From the NCBI GenBank assembly GCA_964515115.1, contig CAZESB010000005.1, positions 1 through 46,662 on the forward strand: a stretch of DNA of 46,662 nucleotides, written 5' to 3'. Every line of letters begins with the position of its first letter. Positions within the stretch are counted from its first letter, which is position 1. Source of the stretch: an uncultured Pseudomonadales bacterium (GTDB lineage Bacteria; Patescibacteriota; Microgenomatia; UBA1400; PJMF01). Shown in pieces: positions 16,004-24,440 of the stretch. Below the pieces are notes generated by a model. That model was not told the origin of the DNA and did not search any database. It saw only the letters and a program-made list of their open reading frames with translations. A program made the translations under genes and the position numbers.

Positions 16004-16567
16004 TTAACCCCTGGATACATAAGTCTTGGTGGCCGTATCAACAATGAGCTTATCACCTTTGTTAATGAAAATCGGTGCCTGGACTTTCAAACCGGTTTCC
16101 ATCACCACTTCTTTGCGCGCTTGTCCTTGAGTGTTACCCGCTACAGCCGGATAAGCCTCGACTACCTCAAGAGTCACTTTGGGCGGCAAGCTCACACCAA
16201 TAGCTTCACCCTCATAGAACATGATGTAGACCTTAACATCAGGAGTGAGTAGTTGAGTTTGCTCTTCAACCAGCTGCCTGGGAATTTCCACCTGCTCATA
16301 AGAGCGAGGATTCATAAAAACCACGCTGTTGGCATCCTGATAAAGATACTGCATCTCTTGACTGCTGATTTCTAGTTCTTCAACACTCTCGGTGGATTTG
16401 TAAGTAAATTCCTGAGTACTGTCTGTTTTCACGCTCTTGAGTTTTATTCGCATGAAAGCAGAGCCTTTGCCCGGACTCATAAAATCAGTTTTGGTGACCA
16501 GAAACGGCTGGTCCTTGAACTTGAGGTACATTCCTTTTCTGATATTTCCGGCTTTGATGGTTGACAT
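16004..16567 (-). CDS. efp: translation elongation factor P
   Basis: MSTIKAGNIRKGMYLKFKDQPFLVTKTDFMSPGKGSAFMRIKLK, with the conserved Lys in the PGKG loop. The ATG at 16567 is preceded by TACAAT 7 nt upstream. The longer ORF-track start is unlikely. Confidence 0.95.
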   Translation of the reverse strand: MSTIKAGNIRKGMYLKFKDQPFLVTKTDFMSPGKGSAFMRIKLKSVKTDSTQEFTYKSTESVEELEISSQEMQYLYQDANSVVFMNPRSYEQVEIPRQLVEEQTQLLTPDVKVYIMFYEGEAIGVSLPPKVTLEVVEAYPAVAGNTQGQARKEVVMETGLKVQAPIFINKGDKLIVDTATKTYVSRG

Positions 16568-16580
16568 GGGGTATATTGTA

Positions 16581-17639
16581 TTACTGCTCCTCTGGAAAAG
16601 CAAAGACATCCTGAATGGGGAAGAGTAGAGTATCGGACACAGAAGCAACATCAGCAAAAAGCATCACCAGCCGATCAACCCCCACCGCGATCCCGCCTGT
16701 TGCCGGCAGCCCCATTTCTAAGGCTTCAATAAACTCTTCATCCAAAGCAAATTCTGTCTTACCCAGATTTTTCCGCTCCTGGAGTTCCTGGAGCATGCGC
16801 TCTTTTTGTTCGACCGCGTTTGTGAGTTCTGAGAAAGCATTGCCCAGCTCCAAACCGGCTAAATAAAACTCAAACCGCTCGGCAAATCTAGGATCACCAA
16901 CTTTTTTTCGAGAAAGAGCAGCTTGTGAAGCCGGATAATCATAAATAATTGTCGGCGCGGTCTGGCCCAAATTCGGTTCAATCTCATTTAAAAACAACTG
17001 ATGATAAGCCTGCTCCCAGGTGTGGTTATCGGTCAATTGATAGCCTTTTTCAGCGACTGCTGCAAGCAATTTTTCTTCGGACAACATGGTGTCAACATCA
17101 ATGCCGCAATACTTTGCAAAAGCTTCAGCCACCGAAATTCTTTCCCAAGGTGAAGAGAGATCGTACTTCCTGCCTTGATAAGTCAAAGTGTTGCCGGCAG
17201 CAGGGCCATTGATTTGCCGGTGCAAGTGAAGCAACAACTGCTCACAATCCTCCATAATTACCTCATAATCTGCTTCAGTCCGATACCACTCGAGAATGGT
17301 GAACTCCGGATTGTGAAAAGAGCTCAATCCCTCCTGGTTGCGAAAGCTTTTGCAAATTTGAAAAATATGGCCAAAACCGGCGCTGAGCAACTTTTTCATT
17401 GCTAATTCCGGACTGGTAAGCAAAAAGCCCCGCCTAGAACCCACGCCCGCTACTTTCAACTCGGTTTCAAAGACTTCCAAATAGGGCTCTGTGCCCGGAT
17501 GTTGCACCAAGAGAGGAGTTTCCACTTCGTGAAAACCTTGTTGTTTAAAAAAAGACCTGATGGCATCCACCACTTTTTCGCGAATCAGTAGCCGCTCTTT
17601 AAAATCAGGGTTGATAGCTGCCTGGCGCCAATTACTCAT
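16581..17639 (-). CDS. epmA: EF-P--(R)-beta-lysine ligase EpmA (GenX/PoxA, LysRS class II paralog)
   Basis: Class II aaRS core without an anticodon-binding domain: FFKQQGFHEVETPLL, FRNQEGLSSFHNPEFTILEWY, ATGGIAVGVDRLVML. Sits directly upstream of efp. The ATG at 17639 overlaps the upstream stop (ATGAGTAA). Confidence 0.85.
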   Translation of the reverse strand: MSNWRQAAINPDFKERLLIREKVVDAIRSFFKQQGFHEVETPLLVQHPGTEPYLEVFETELKVAGVGSRRGFLLTSPELAMKKLLSAGFGHIFQICKSFRNQEGLSSFHNPEFTILEWYRTEADYEVIMEDCEQLLLHLHRQINGPAAGNTLTYQGRKYDLSSPWERISVAEAFAKYCGIDVDTMLSEEKLLAAVAEKGYQLTDNHTWEQAYHQLFLNEIEPNLGQTAPTIIYDYPASQAALSRKKVGDPRFAERFEFYLAGLELGNAFSELTNAVEQKERMLQELQERKNLGKTEFALDEEFIEALEMGLPATGGIAVGVDRLVMLFADVASVSDTLLFPIQDVFAFPEEQ

Positions 17640-18306
17640 ACTGCTCCTTAAAGACTTTGATGCTGCCGTTGCTATCATCCAAAATAACGTAGTGGGCCGT
17701 GCCTTGCTGAAACGCCCCCAGACTAATAAACCGGTTTTTCCGGTCATCAATATTTTGGTGAGAATGCCCGGCAATCAAAATTTGATTGTCTTTTAGTTCC
17801 TCAAGAGCGTACTGGCCAATTTTTCTCATCATAGCCCGGTAATGAAAATTTTTGAGATAAGTGTAAACTCTCCCAAACAACAGCTTGCTTTTATGCAAAT
17901 TAAAAATCAGGTGGTAATGATGCTGAAACCGCTGGGTAATTTTAGGGAAAGTGTCGTCAAACTCGGGAGCTTTAGTGTGGCCGTGAATAAAAATAATTTC
18001 TTGATTACCAAACTTCATTTCGTAGCAGTCGGTTTGGATTTGGGAAAAAAGTTTGGCTTTATCTCCCACCAAATACTGCGGGTCGTGGTTGCCGTACACA
18101 AAAACAGTTTCTTTTTTCAGCAGCAGTGGAAACAAAAGACTCCAGCCGGAATTAACAAACTCATCAACGTTAGTAATATAGCCTTCAAAAAAATCGCCGT
18201 TAATGATCACTCTATCCACCTCACTAATCAAGAACACCAACTTCTTGAAAAGCTTGGGTTCAACTAAATCAGTCAAATGAGTATCGGAAAAAACTAGCGT
18301 TTTCAT
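17632..18306 (-). CDS. metallophosphoesterase
   Basis: MKTLVFSDTHL, INGDFFEG, YGNHD, IHGH and GHSH motifs. ATG at 18306. The 3' end overlaps the epmA start by 8 nt. Confidence 0.75.
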   Translation of the reverse strand: MKTLVFSDTHLTDLVEPKLFKKLVFLISEVDRVIINGDFFEGYITNVDEFVNSGWSLLFPLLLKKETVFVYGNHDPQYLVGDKAKLFSQIQTDCYEMKFGNQEIIFIHGHTKAPEFDDTFPKITQRFQHHYHLIFNLHKSKLLFGRVYTYLKNFHYRAMMRKIGQYALEELKDNQILIAGHSHQNIDDRKNRFISLGAFQQGTAHYVILDDSNGSIKVFKEQYE

Positions 18307-18316
18307 AATTTGTAAT

Positions 18317-19450
18317 TTAATGCTGATGCTTGTGAGTAGTTTCTGCAGTAACAACCTCCCGACCGCTGGCCCAGTAAGCCGCGAAGGCAGTACTAAGTGG
18401 TACCGCCGCTACCAAACCAATAGAGCCCATCAAGGTACGCACTACTTCTTCCGCGATTAGCTGATTGTTGAGAATCACCCAAAGGGGAGTGTCAGCGCTC
18501 AGAGTAAACAGCAGAAAAATGGGCAAATTAGCGCCGGCATAGGCCAGCACCAACGTATTAACCAAAGAAGCCACGTGATCTTTGCCCACCCTCATACCAC
18601 GTTGGTACAAATCTTGAAAGGAAAGTTTTTTATTGGCCCGCCTCAACTCAAAAACTGTAGCAACTTGAGCAATAGCAATATCATCCAAAACACCCAACGC
18701 ACCCAGCATAATGCCACTGAGTAAAAGACCTTGCAAGTTAATCTTGGCAGTTGCGCCCACTTGCAAAAACGCTGCCTCCTCACTGCCAAAACCAGTCAGG
18801 TGGGCTAAATCAAGATACCAGGCAGAAAGCAAAGTCACACCCAAAAGAGTAGACAAAATCGAAGCCAGAGCAATATGAGACGAAGCCTTAAAACCATGAG
18901 AAAGATAAATGGTAATACCAGCAATCATGACAGCGCCGATAAGAGCCACCACCACCGGCTGAGCGCCATTGAGAATTTGCGGCACCACGTAACTGCTCAA
19001 AACCATCAGGCTCAAAAACATGCCGCCAATAGAAAATAAACCTTTAAATCCCGCCACCGACATCACGATCAAAAAAAATCCGGCCAAAAGCCAGGCCAGA
19101 ATTGGTAGTCTGTAGGTATCGGCCACTACTTGCTCGCTGTCACCTTCCGGCATGATTTGCTCCGCCACCACGATGTTGTCGCCTTTTGCCAGCAACTGGG
19201 TGCCACTGAGCGGCTGGAACTCGGAGCCCATCACCACTTCAGATTCCACACCGTCCCGCGATCTTACCAGCAGTTTTTGAACATAGAATATTTCAGCATC
19301 ATAAGTAAATTCCTGTTGTTCCAGCACCTCAATCACCTGGCCGGTAGAGTAGTGAGGTTCGGCCGTAACAAGCTCTGCTTGAGCGGAAATACTGAGCGGA
19401 AAAATAAAAAAGCTGGCAAGGAAAACCAAGCTAAACAGCACTTTCAACAT
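18317..19450 (-). CDS. YibE/F-family membrane protein
   Basis: Signal/anchor plus a soluble N-domain, then about 7 TM helices. GALGVLDDIAIAQVATVFEL resembles the GAxMDVAMSIAS motif of YibE/F. Confidence 0.6.
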   Translation of the reverse strand: MLKVLFSLVFLASFFIFPLSISAQAELVTAEPHYSTGQVIEVLEQQEFTYDAEIFYVQKLLVRSRDGVESEVVMGSEFQPLSGTQLLAKGDNIVVAEQIMPEGDSEQVVADTYRLPILAWLLAGFFLIVMSVAGFKGLFSIGGMFLSLMVLSSYVVPQILNGAQPVVVALIGAVMIAGITIYLSHGFKASSHIALASILSTLLGVTLLSAWYLDLAHLTGFGSEEAAFLQVGATAKINLQGLLLSGIMLGALGVLDDIAIAQVATVFELRRANKKLSFQDLYQRGMRVGKDHVASLVNTLVLAYAGANLPIFLLFTLSADTPLWVILNNQLIAEEVVRTLMGSIGLVAAVPLSTAFAAYWASGREVVTAETTHKHQH

Positions 19451-19486
19451 ATGCCATAGTATACCTTATGTGCTATAACAACAGTT

Positions 19487-20167
19487 ATGAAGAAAAGTTT
19501 TCAAATTGCCATTGATGGTACAGTTGCCGCGGGCAAAGGCACAGTTTCCCGAATTGTGGCTGAAAGATTGGGTTTGCTTTATATTGATACCGGTGCTACT
19601 TACCGCTGCACCGCGCTTTTGGCCCTTGAAGCCGGTATTAATCCAGAAAACGAACAAAAAGTTTTAGAAAAGCTCAATCAGCACACAATTAACATGCGCA
19701 TGCCCAATGAGGAAGAAAAAGACGGCCGCTTGGTCACGGTTTTGCTTGACAACGAAGATGTTTCCTGGAAAATTCGCACTGAAGAAGTTAGCCAAACCGC
19801 TTCTATTGTGGCTCAGCTTAAGGGAGTGAGAAAAAAGCTAGTGGCCCTCCAGCAACAAATTGCCGCTGAGAATGACGTCATTATGGAAGGGCGGGACATT
19901 ACTCACACCGTTTTGCCCAATGCTCAAATCAAAATTTATCTCGACGCTGATCCAATGGTGAGAGCCAAAAGAAGGCAGGAAGATCTGCTGGGGAGGGGCA
20001 TTGATGCGCAGCTTGTTGAAGTTCTTGATGAGTTGAATGCTCGTGACGAGCGCGATTCTAGAAAATACCTCAAAAAAGTTCCCGGCGTGTGGGTGATTGA
20101 TACTACTGCTTTGACAATTAGTGAGGTGGTGGAATTAATCACTGCCAAGGCTGAGCAGGTTCGGTAA
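19487..20167 (+). CDS. cmk: cytidylate kinase
   Basis: IAIDGTVAAGKGTVSRIVAERLGLLYIDTGATYR P-loop and CMP-binding pattern. TGcTATAAC box 7 nt upstream of the ATG. Confidence 0.9.
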   Translation: MKKSFQIAIDGTVAAGKGTVSRIVAERLGLLYIDTGATYRCTALLALEAGINPENEQKVLEKLNQHTINMRMPNEEEKDGRLVTVLLDNEDVSWKIRTEEVSQTASIVAQLKGVRKKLVALQQQIAAENDVIMEGRDITHTVLPNAQIKIYLDADPMVRAKRRQEDLLGRGIDAQLVEVLDELNARDERDSRKYLKKVPGVWVIDTTALTISEVVELITAKAEQVR

Positions 20168-20207
20168 AACTATTATCAAACAATTTTACATTCATTTGTT
20201 GCATGTA

Positions 20208-20282
20208 TGGAGCGGGTGAACGGAATCGAACCGTCATCTTCTCCTTGGAAGGGAGATATACTAGCCGTTGTACTACACCCGC
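20208..20282 (-). tRNA. tRNA-Gly (anticodon TCC), CCA encoded
   Basis: Reverse complement is gcgggtg-ta-...tctcc-cTTCCaa-ggaga...ttcgatt...cacccgc-t-cca, a cloverleaf with anticodon TCC. Confidence 0.9.
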
Positions 20283-20348
20283 ACGCATAAGTTAACATTC
20301 TACTGGAAATGGCAAAAAACGTAAATACTGGTGTTATAATACCTTGCA

Positions 20349-20431
20349 GCCGAAGTGGCGGAATGGCATACGCGACAGACTTAAAATCTGTTGGCCGCAA
20401 GGCCTTGTGGGTTCAAGTCCCACCTTCGGCA
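20349..20431 (+). tRNA. tRNA-Leu (anticodon TAA), long variable arm
   Basis: Acceptor gccgaag/cttcggc. Anticodon stem acaga/tctgt with loop c-t-TAA-a-a. Variable arm ggccgcaaggcc. T-loop ttcaagt. Confidence 0.9.
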
Positions 20432-20454
20432 CTCGGAATTGTATAAACACGAAA

Positions 20455-20528
20455 CGGGGAGTAGCTCAGATGGCTAGAGTGCGCGCTTTGGGAGCGTGAG
20501 GTCGCAGGTTCGAGTCCTGTCTCCCCGA
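20455..20528 (+). tRNA. tRNA-Pro (anticodon TGG)
   Basis: Acceptor cggggag/ctccccg. Anticodon stem cgcgc/gcgtg with loop t-t-TGG-g-a. T-arm gcagg-ttcgagt-cctgt. Confidence 0.9.
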
Positions 20529-20641
20529 CTAAAAGAGCAGTTAATGACTTACTTGTTGGGCATTCCCTAGTTCCAGACTAAACTTTCTAGAATTTCTGAT
20601 TTTTTTGCAATTCTGCACTATAAACTTGTTGTGCTTAAATA

Positions 20642-22066
20642 TTATTTGTTAGCTAAATCATTCAACAACAATTGGGCTTCGGTTGTTTTCTCTTCAGAGT
20701 ATTTCCTTTGCTGACCCACTGCTCCCCATGGATCATCACTGTACACGGGCATTGTGTCATTTTTTAGTCCATTTAGGATAAATTGTAATTTCTGATATAA
20801 GGCTTGCTCCAATTGCCCATTGGCTTTAGTAAGCAGATCTTTCAAAGCTGTTAATATAGAAGTGAATAATTCTAAATTAATGATACCCTGCGGAGCAATA
20901 TCAAGCATCTTGATGATTCCGCCTACGGTGGCTTGCAATGGAAGTTGTTCACTTTTCCATATAACCCAATCAAACATAGATTGTGCACCAGATTCCATAT
21001 TTTCCCGAGATACAATTCCACCATAATCAGGCTTCTCAAGCATTGATTTCGCAGTATTCAAAGCATAGATAAGTTGCAAAACAGATGTTGCTTCTGTAAA
21101 AAAAAGAGCGGTGCGCTCATCAAAGCCTTGTTCTAAAATTGCACTAGCGTTGTTTAGACCCTGATCGGAGTTACCGGTTGTAAGTTTTTTTTCTAAGTTA
21201 ACCCATTTATCTAACCTTGATAGCTCTATGTCGATTATGGCTAGTAAAGTTTCCTCTTTTATATCTAAAACTGTCAGTAAATGTTTTTCAATAAGTGTGC
21301 TTACAAGTGATGCGAGTCTTAAATTTGAATGCACTTCTCTATCCATAGTTTTTAAAAATGTAGGGTCTCCGATAGAAAGAACTGTTTCTGTTCGTTTTGC
21401 AATAAGCAAGCAATATGCGTGTGGTCCGGGGATATCATCCATAAGAGTGTTGCCGACTGGAAGCAGCACTGTATCTGTTAGGGATCCTGATTCATCAATT
21501 TGTTTTAGTCGGTCATAAATAGCTATTGCAACCTTCGTAAAGTGCCGACAAATTCCGTGTTTTTCTACAAGCAACTTGTCAGCTGATTGAGTGTTAGCAG
21601 CCATTGCCTTTTCACCTGCAGGATTTTGTTCCATTTCTTCGTCAAAAATCATGAAGTGTTTAGTGATTGCATATGCAAGAGTAGCAGCAACTGCAGGGTC
21701 TAAATTTTTTATGGAGCTGATATCTAATTCTCCTACAGTCCCAGATGACTCTTGAAAATATTTTAAAATAAATTCATCAATAGAATCCCAGTCTGTATCT
21801 TGGAGCGAATACATACTATTACTTCCTTCAAGCTCTCGAAGTGAGAATGCTTGTTCATATTGAGCTTGATCTTTAGGAATCTCTCTTTCTTCTCCACTAA
21901 AAGTACCTTCCGCTCTTAAAAGGTTGAGGTCAGCAATAACTACATTGTCTTCAATAAGCGCAAGTTCTTGACTGAGTAGGGCTTCTACTCCTTCTTTCTC
22001 TCTTTTATTTTTTTCTTTCAGAAATTTATAGTAGGAGTCTGTTGGTCCTGCTTGGGTTTCAGCCAT
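20642..22066 (-). CDS. transglutaminase-like (Cys-His-Asp) domain protein, otherwise unknown
   Basis: 474-aa ORF. KHGICRHFTKVAIAIYD (Cys), GPHAYCLL (His) and IGDPTF (Asp) occur in the order and spacing of the transglutaminase-like cysteine peptidase core. The flanking ~300 aa are helical and unassignable. Very AT-rich (about 28% GC in a 60-nt line I counted). Confidence 0.55.
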   Translation of the reverse strand: MAETQAGPTDSYYKFLKEKNKREKEGVEALLSQELALIEDNVVIADLNLLRAEGTFSGEEREIPKDQAQYEQAFSLRELEGSNSMYSLQDTDWDSIDEFILKYFQESSGTVGELDISSIKNLDPAVAATLAYAITKHFMIFDEEMEQNPAGEKAMAANTQSADKLLVEKHGICRHFTKVAIAIYDRLKQIDESGSLTDTVLLPVGNTLMDDIPGPHAYCLLIAKRTETVLSIGDPTFLKTMDREVHSNLRLASLVSTLIEKHLLTVLDIKEETLLAIIDIELSRLDKWVNLEKKLTTGNSDQGLNNASAILEQGFDERTALFFTEATSVLQLIYALNTAKSMLEKPDYGGIVSRENMESGAQSMFDWVIWKSEQLPLQATVGGIIKMLDIAPQGIINLELFTSILTALKDLLTKANGQLEQALYQKLQFILNGLKNDTMPVYSDDPWGAVGQQRKYSEEKTTEAQLLLNDLANK

Positions 22067-22215
22067 ATTCTAGCCACCAGTCAGCTTCTGCCATAACTAC
22101 CGGCACCTTTCATTATCACTTTATCATAAAAAGATGGTGCCACAAGCAAGTAGCCCAAGCTTGTTTCCAAGCACCAAAGTTTGCTCCCCACCTCCTTCTC
22201 AAGTAAAATACCACC

Positions 22216-23175
22216 ATGCGCACAAAATTTACTATTGCCGGTTTGGGTGGTACTTTCGATCATTTTCATCAAGGCCACGAAGAATTTCTCAAATTTGCCG
22301 CTACAGCCGCTGATTACTTAATCATCGGTATTACCACGGAAAAAATGCTGTCTGGTAAACCCTTGCCAGAGTTAATCCAGCCCTGGCATGAACGAGTCAA
22401 GCAGGTGAAGCGTTTTTGTCAAAATAACCATATCGCCTGCGAAATAATCGAACTTAATGATCCCTACGGCCCGACAATTGAGCCGGACACGCGCATTGAG
22501 GCCATCATCGTCACTGAGGAAACTGCGAGTGGAGCAGAGAAGATCAATGCAATCCGCCGAGGGCAGAACCTCAGCCAGCTGCCAGTTCATGTTTTCCAGA
22601 TGATCAAAGATGAAAGGGGCGAGGACCTTCATGCTGAAAATATCCGCGCTGGCCTGGTGAGTAGAAGTGGGCGCTATTTTCCCGGCGCGATTGAAAATGG
22701 CCTCACTTTAGCTGAAAAACAAAGAAAGTTTTTCTCCGAACTGCAGGGAAAATTGGTAAAGGCTCCCACTGTCAGGGCCGACAGAATTTGCCTAGTGGGC
22801 GACTATACCCTGGAAGCTTTTTTGTCGTTTCAATGGCCCTATGACCTGGCGATTTTCGACAACCAAACTCAGCGCGGCACTTACAACTCTCCCTTGATTG
22901 CCAAGTTGGAGATTGAGCACCAGGTGAAAAATCCCGCCAGCACTATTGCTCCGGCGCTAGTGACCTTGCTGCAGGCTTGGCAGCCAGGTACTTTTCGCCA
23001 TGTTTTTGTAGATGGAGAAGAGGATTTGGCCACAGTTGCTCTGGTTTTGACTTTGCCACTTGAGTCAGTGATTTATTACGGCCAACCAGACAAGGGTTTG
23101 GTTGAATTGAAAGTGACGGAAAAGATTAAAAACCGTTTTTATGAAGCCTTAGTTCCGAATCTTTCCCAAACATAA
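22216..23175 (+). CDS. fusion of archaeal-type phosphopantetheine adenylyltransferase and DUF359 GTP-dependent dephospho-CoA kinase
   Basis: N-terminal half: cytidylyltransferase fold GGTFDHFHQGHEEFL (HxGH). C-terminal half: LVGDYT...IFDNQTQRG...VDGEEDLATVALVLTLPLESVIYYGQPDKGLVELKV, the hallmark VGD / GEEDL / YGQP pattern of DUF359. Confidence 0.7.
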   Translation: MRTKFTIAGLGGTFDHFHQGHEEFLKFAATAADYLIIGITTEKMLSGKPLPELIQPWHERVKQVKRFCQNNHIACEIIELNDPYGPTIEPDTRIEAIIVTEETASGAEKINAIRRGQNLSQLPVHVFQMIKDERGEDLHAENIRAGLVSRSGRYFPGAIENGLTLAEKQRKFFSELQGKLVKAPTVRADRICLVGDYTLEAFLSFQWPYDLAIFDNQTQRGTYNSPLIAKLEIEHQVKNPASTIAPALVTLLQAWQPGTFRHVFVDGEEDLATVALVLTLPLESVIYYGQPDKGLVELKVTEKIKNRFYEALVPNLSQT

Positions 23176-23196
23176 AAAAACTGCTACATTAAAAAC

Positions 23197-24387
23197 ATGT
23201 CACTTCTAGCCACACAAGTCAGACCGGACAATCTCGATGATTTTATCGGGCAAAAACACCTGGTGGGACCTAATAAGCCGCTCAGGATCGCTATTGAAAA
23301 AGAGCACGTATTTTCGATGATTTTTTGGGGGCCTCCGGGTGTGGGCAAAACCACGCTGGCCAGAATTATTGCTACCAAACAAAAACGCGAATTTTACGAA
23401 CTTTCAGCCGTTTCCGCCGGTAAAGCCGATATCAAAAAAATCATTGATAGCACCCGCGCGCAAAAAGGTTTGCTCGAGTCATACCGAGCGCCGGTGTTGT
23501 TTTTAGACGAAATTCACCGCTTCAACAAAGCTCAACAAGATTACTTGCTACCTTTTGTTGAGGAGGGCGAAATTATCCTCATCGGCGCTACCACGGAAAA
23601 TCCCAGTTTTGAGGTTAATTCGGCTTTGCTTTCCCGGTCAAAAGTTTTTGTTCTGAAAGAATTGAGCGAAGATGATCTGGTTGAAGTAGTTGATAGAGCA
23701 GTTAAATACTTGAAAGAGCAGTTTGGTAGCAAGGTGAAAATCGCCAAGCCAGCTAAAGAATGGTTGGTCAGGTATGCCAACGGTGACGCTCGTCGCGCTC
23801 TTAATCTGATTGAAACCACTTTTGAGCTTTACGAGAATCTTGATTTGAAGAACCTAAAAAACACCCTGCAGTCCTCGCACCTTAATTACGACAAAAAAGG
23901 TGAGGAACACTACGACACTATTAGCGCTTTTATCAAGTCCATGCGGGCCAGCGATACCAACGCGGCTTTGTACTATTTGGCCAGAATGGTGGCTGCCGGT
24001 GAGGACCCTAAGTTTATTGCCAGACGAATGGTGATTTTTGCCAGTGAGGATATTGGTCTGGCTCAGCCTACGGCGCTGGTGGTAGCTAATGGAGTTTTTG
24101 AAGCGGTGCACAAAATCGGTTATCCCGAGGCGCAGATCAATTTGGCTCACGGGGTGGCTTATCTTTGTCAATGCAAAAAAGATCGCTCGGCTTATGATGC
24201 CTATTTCAAGGCCCTGGATGATGTTAAGGCTTACGGAAATCTGGAAATACCCCTGGAGTTGCGCAATGCTCCAACCGAGTTGATGAAAGAGCTGGGTTAT
24301 GGCAAAGGCTACGAAAAGTATCCCAAAAATAAAAGCTTGTTGCCCAAGTCACTGAGTGGCAAAAAATATTTGCGAGAGCGGCAGTAG
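23197..24387 (+). CDS. rarA: replication-associated recombination protein A (AAA+ ATPase)
   Basis: FWGPPGVGKTTLARIIA Walker A, LFLDEIHRFNKAQQD Walker B/sensor, and the C-terminal MgsA domain (ALYYLARMVAAGEDP..IARRM). Confidence 0.9.
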   Translation: MSLLATQVRPDNLDDFIGQKHLVGPNKPLRIAIEKEHVFSMIFWGPPGVGKTTLARIIATKQKREFYELSAVSAGKADIKKIIDSTRAQKGLLESYRAPVLFLDEIHRFNKAQQDYLLPFVEEGEIILIGATTENPSFEVNSALLSRSKVFVLKELSEDDLVEVVDRAVKYLKEQFGSKVKIAKPAKEWLVRYANGDARRALNLIETTFELYENLDLKNLKNTLQSSHLNYDKKGEEHYDTISAFIKSMRASDTNAALYYLARMVAAGEDPKFIARRMVIFASEDIGLAQPTALVVANGVFEAVHKIGYPEAQINLAHGVAYLCQCKKDRSAYDAYFKALDDVKAYGNLEIPLELRNAPTELMKELGYGKGYEKYPKNKSLLPKSLSGKKYLRERQ

Positions 24388-24440
24388 GCAATGCTGCAAA
24401 TACTACAGTTAATGCAAGCTTGCTGAAATATGCTGGCCGC

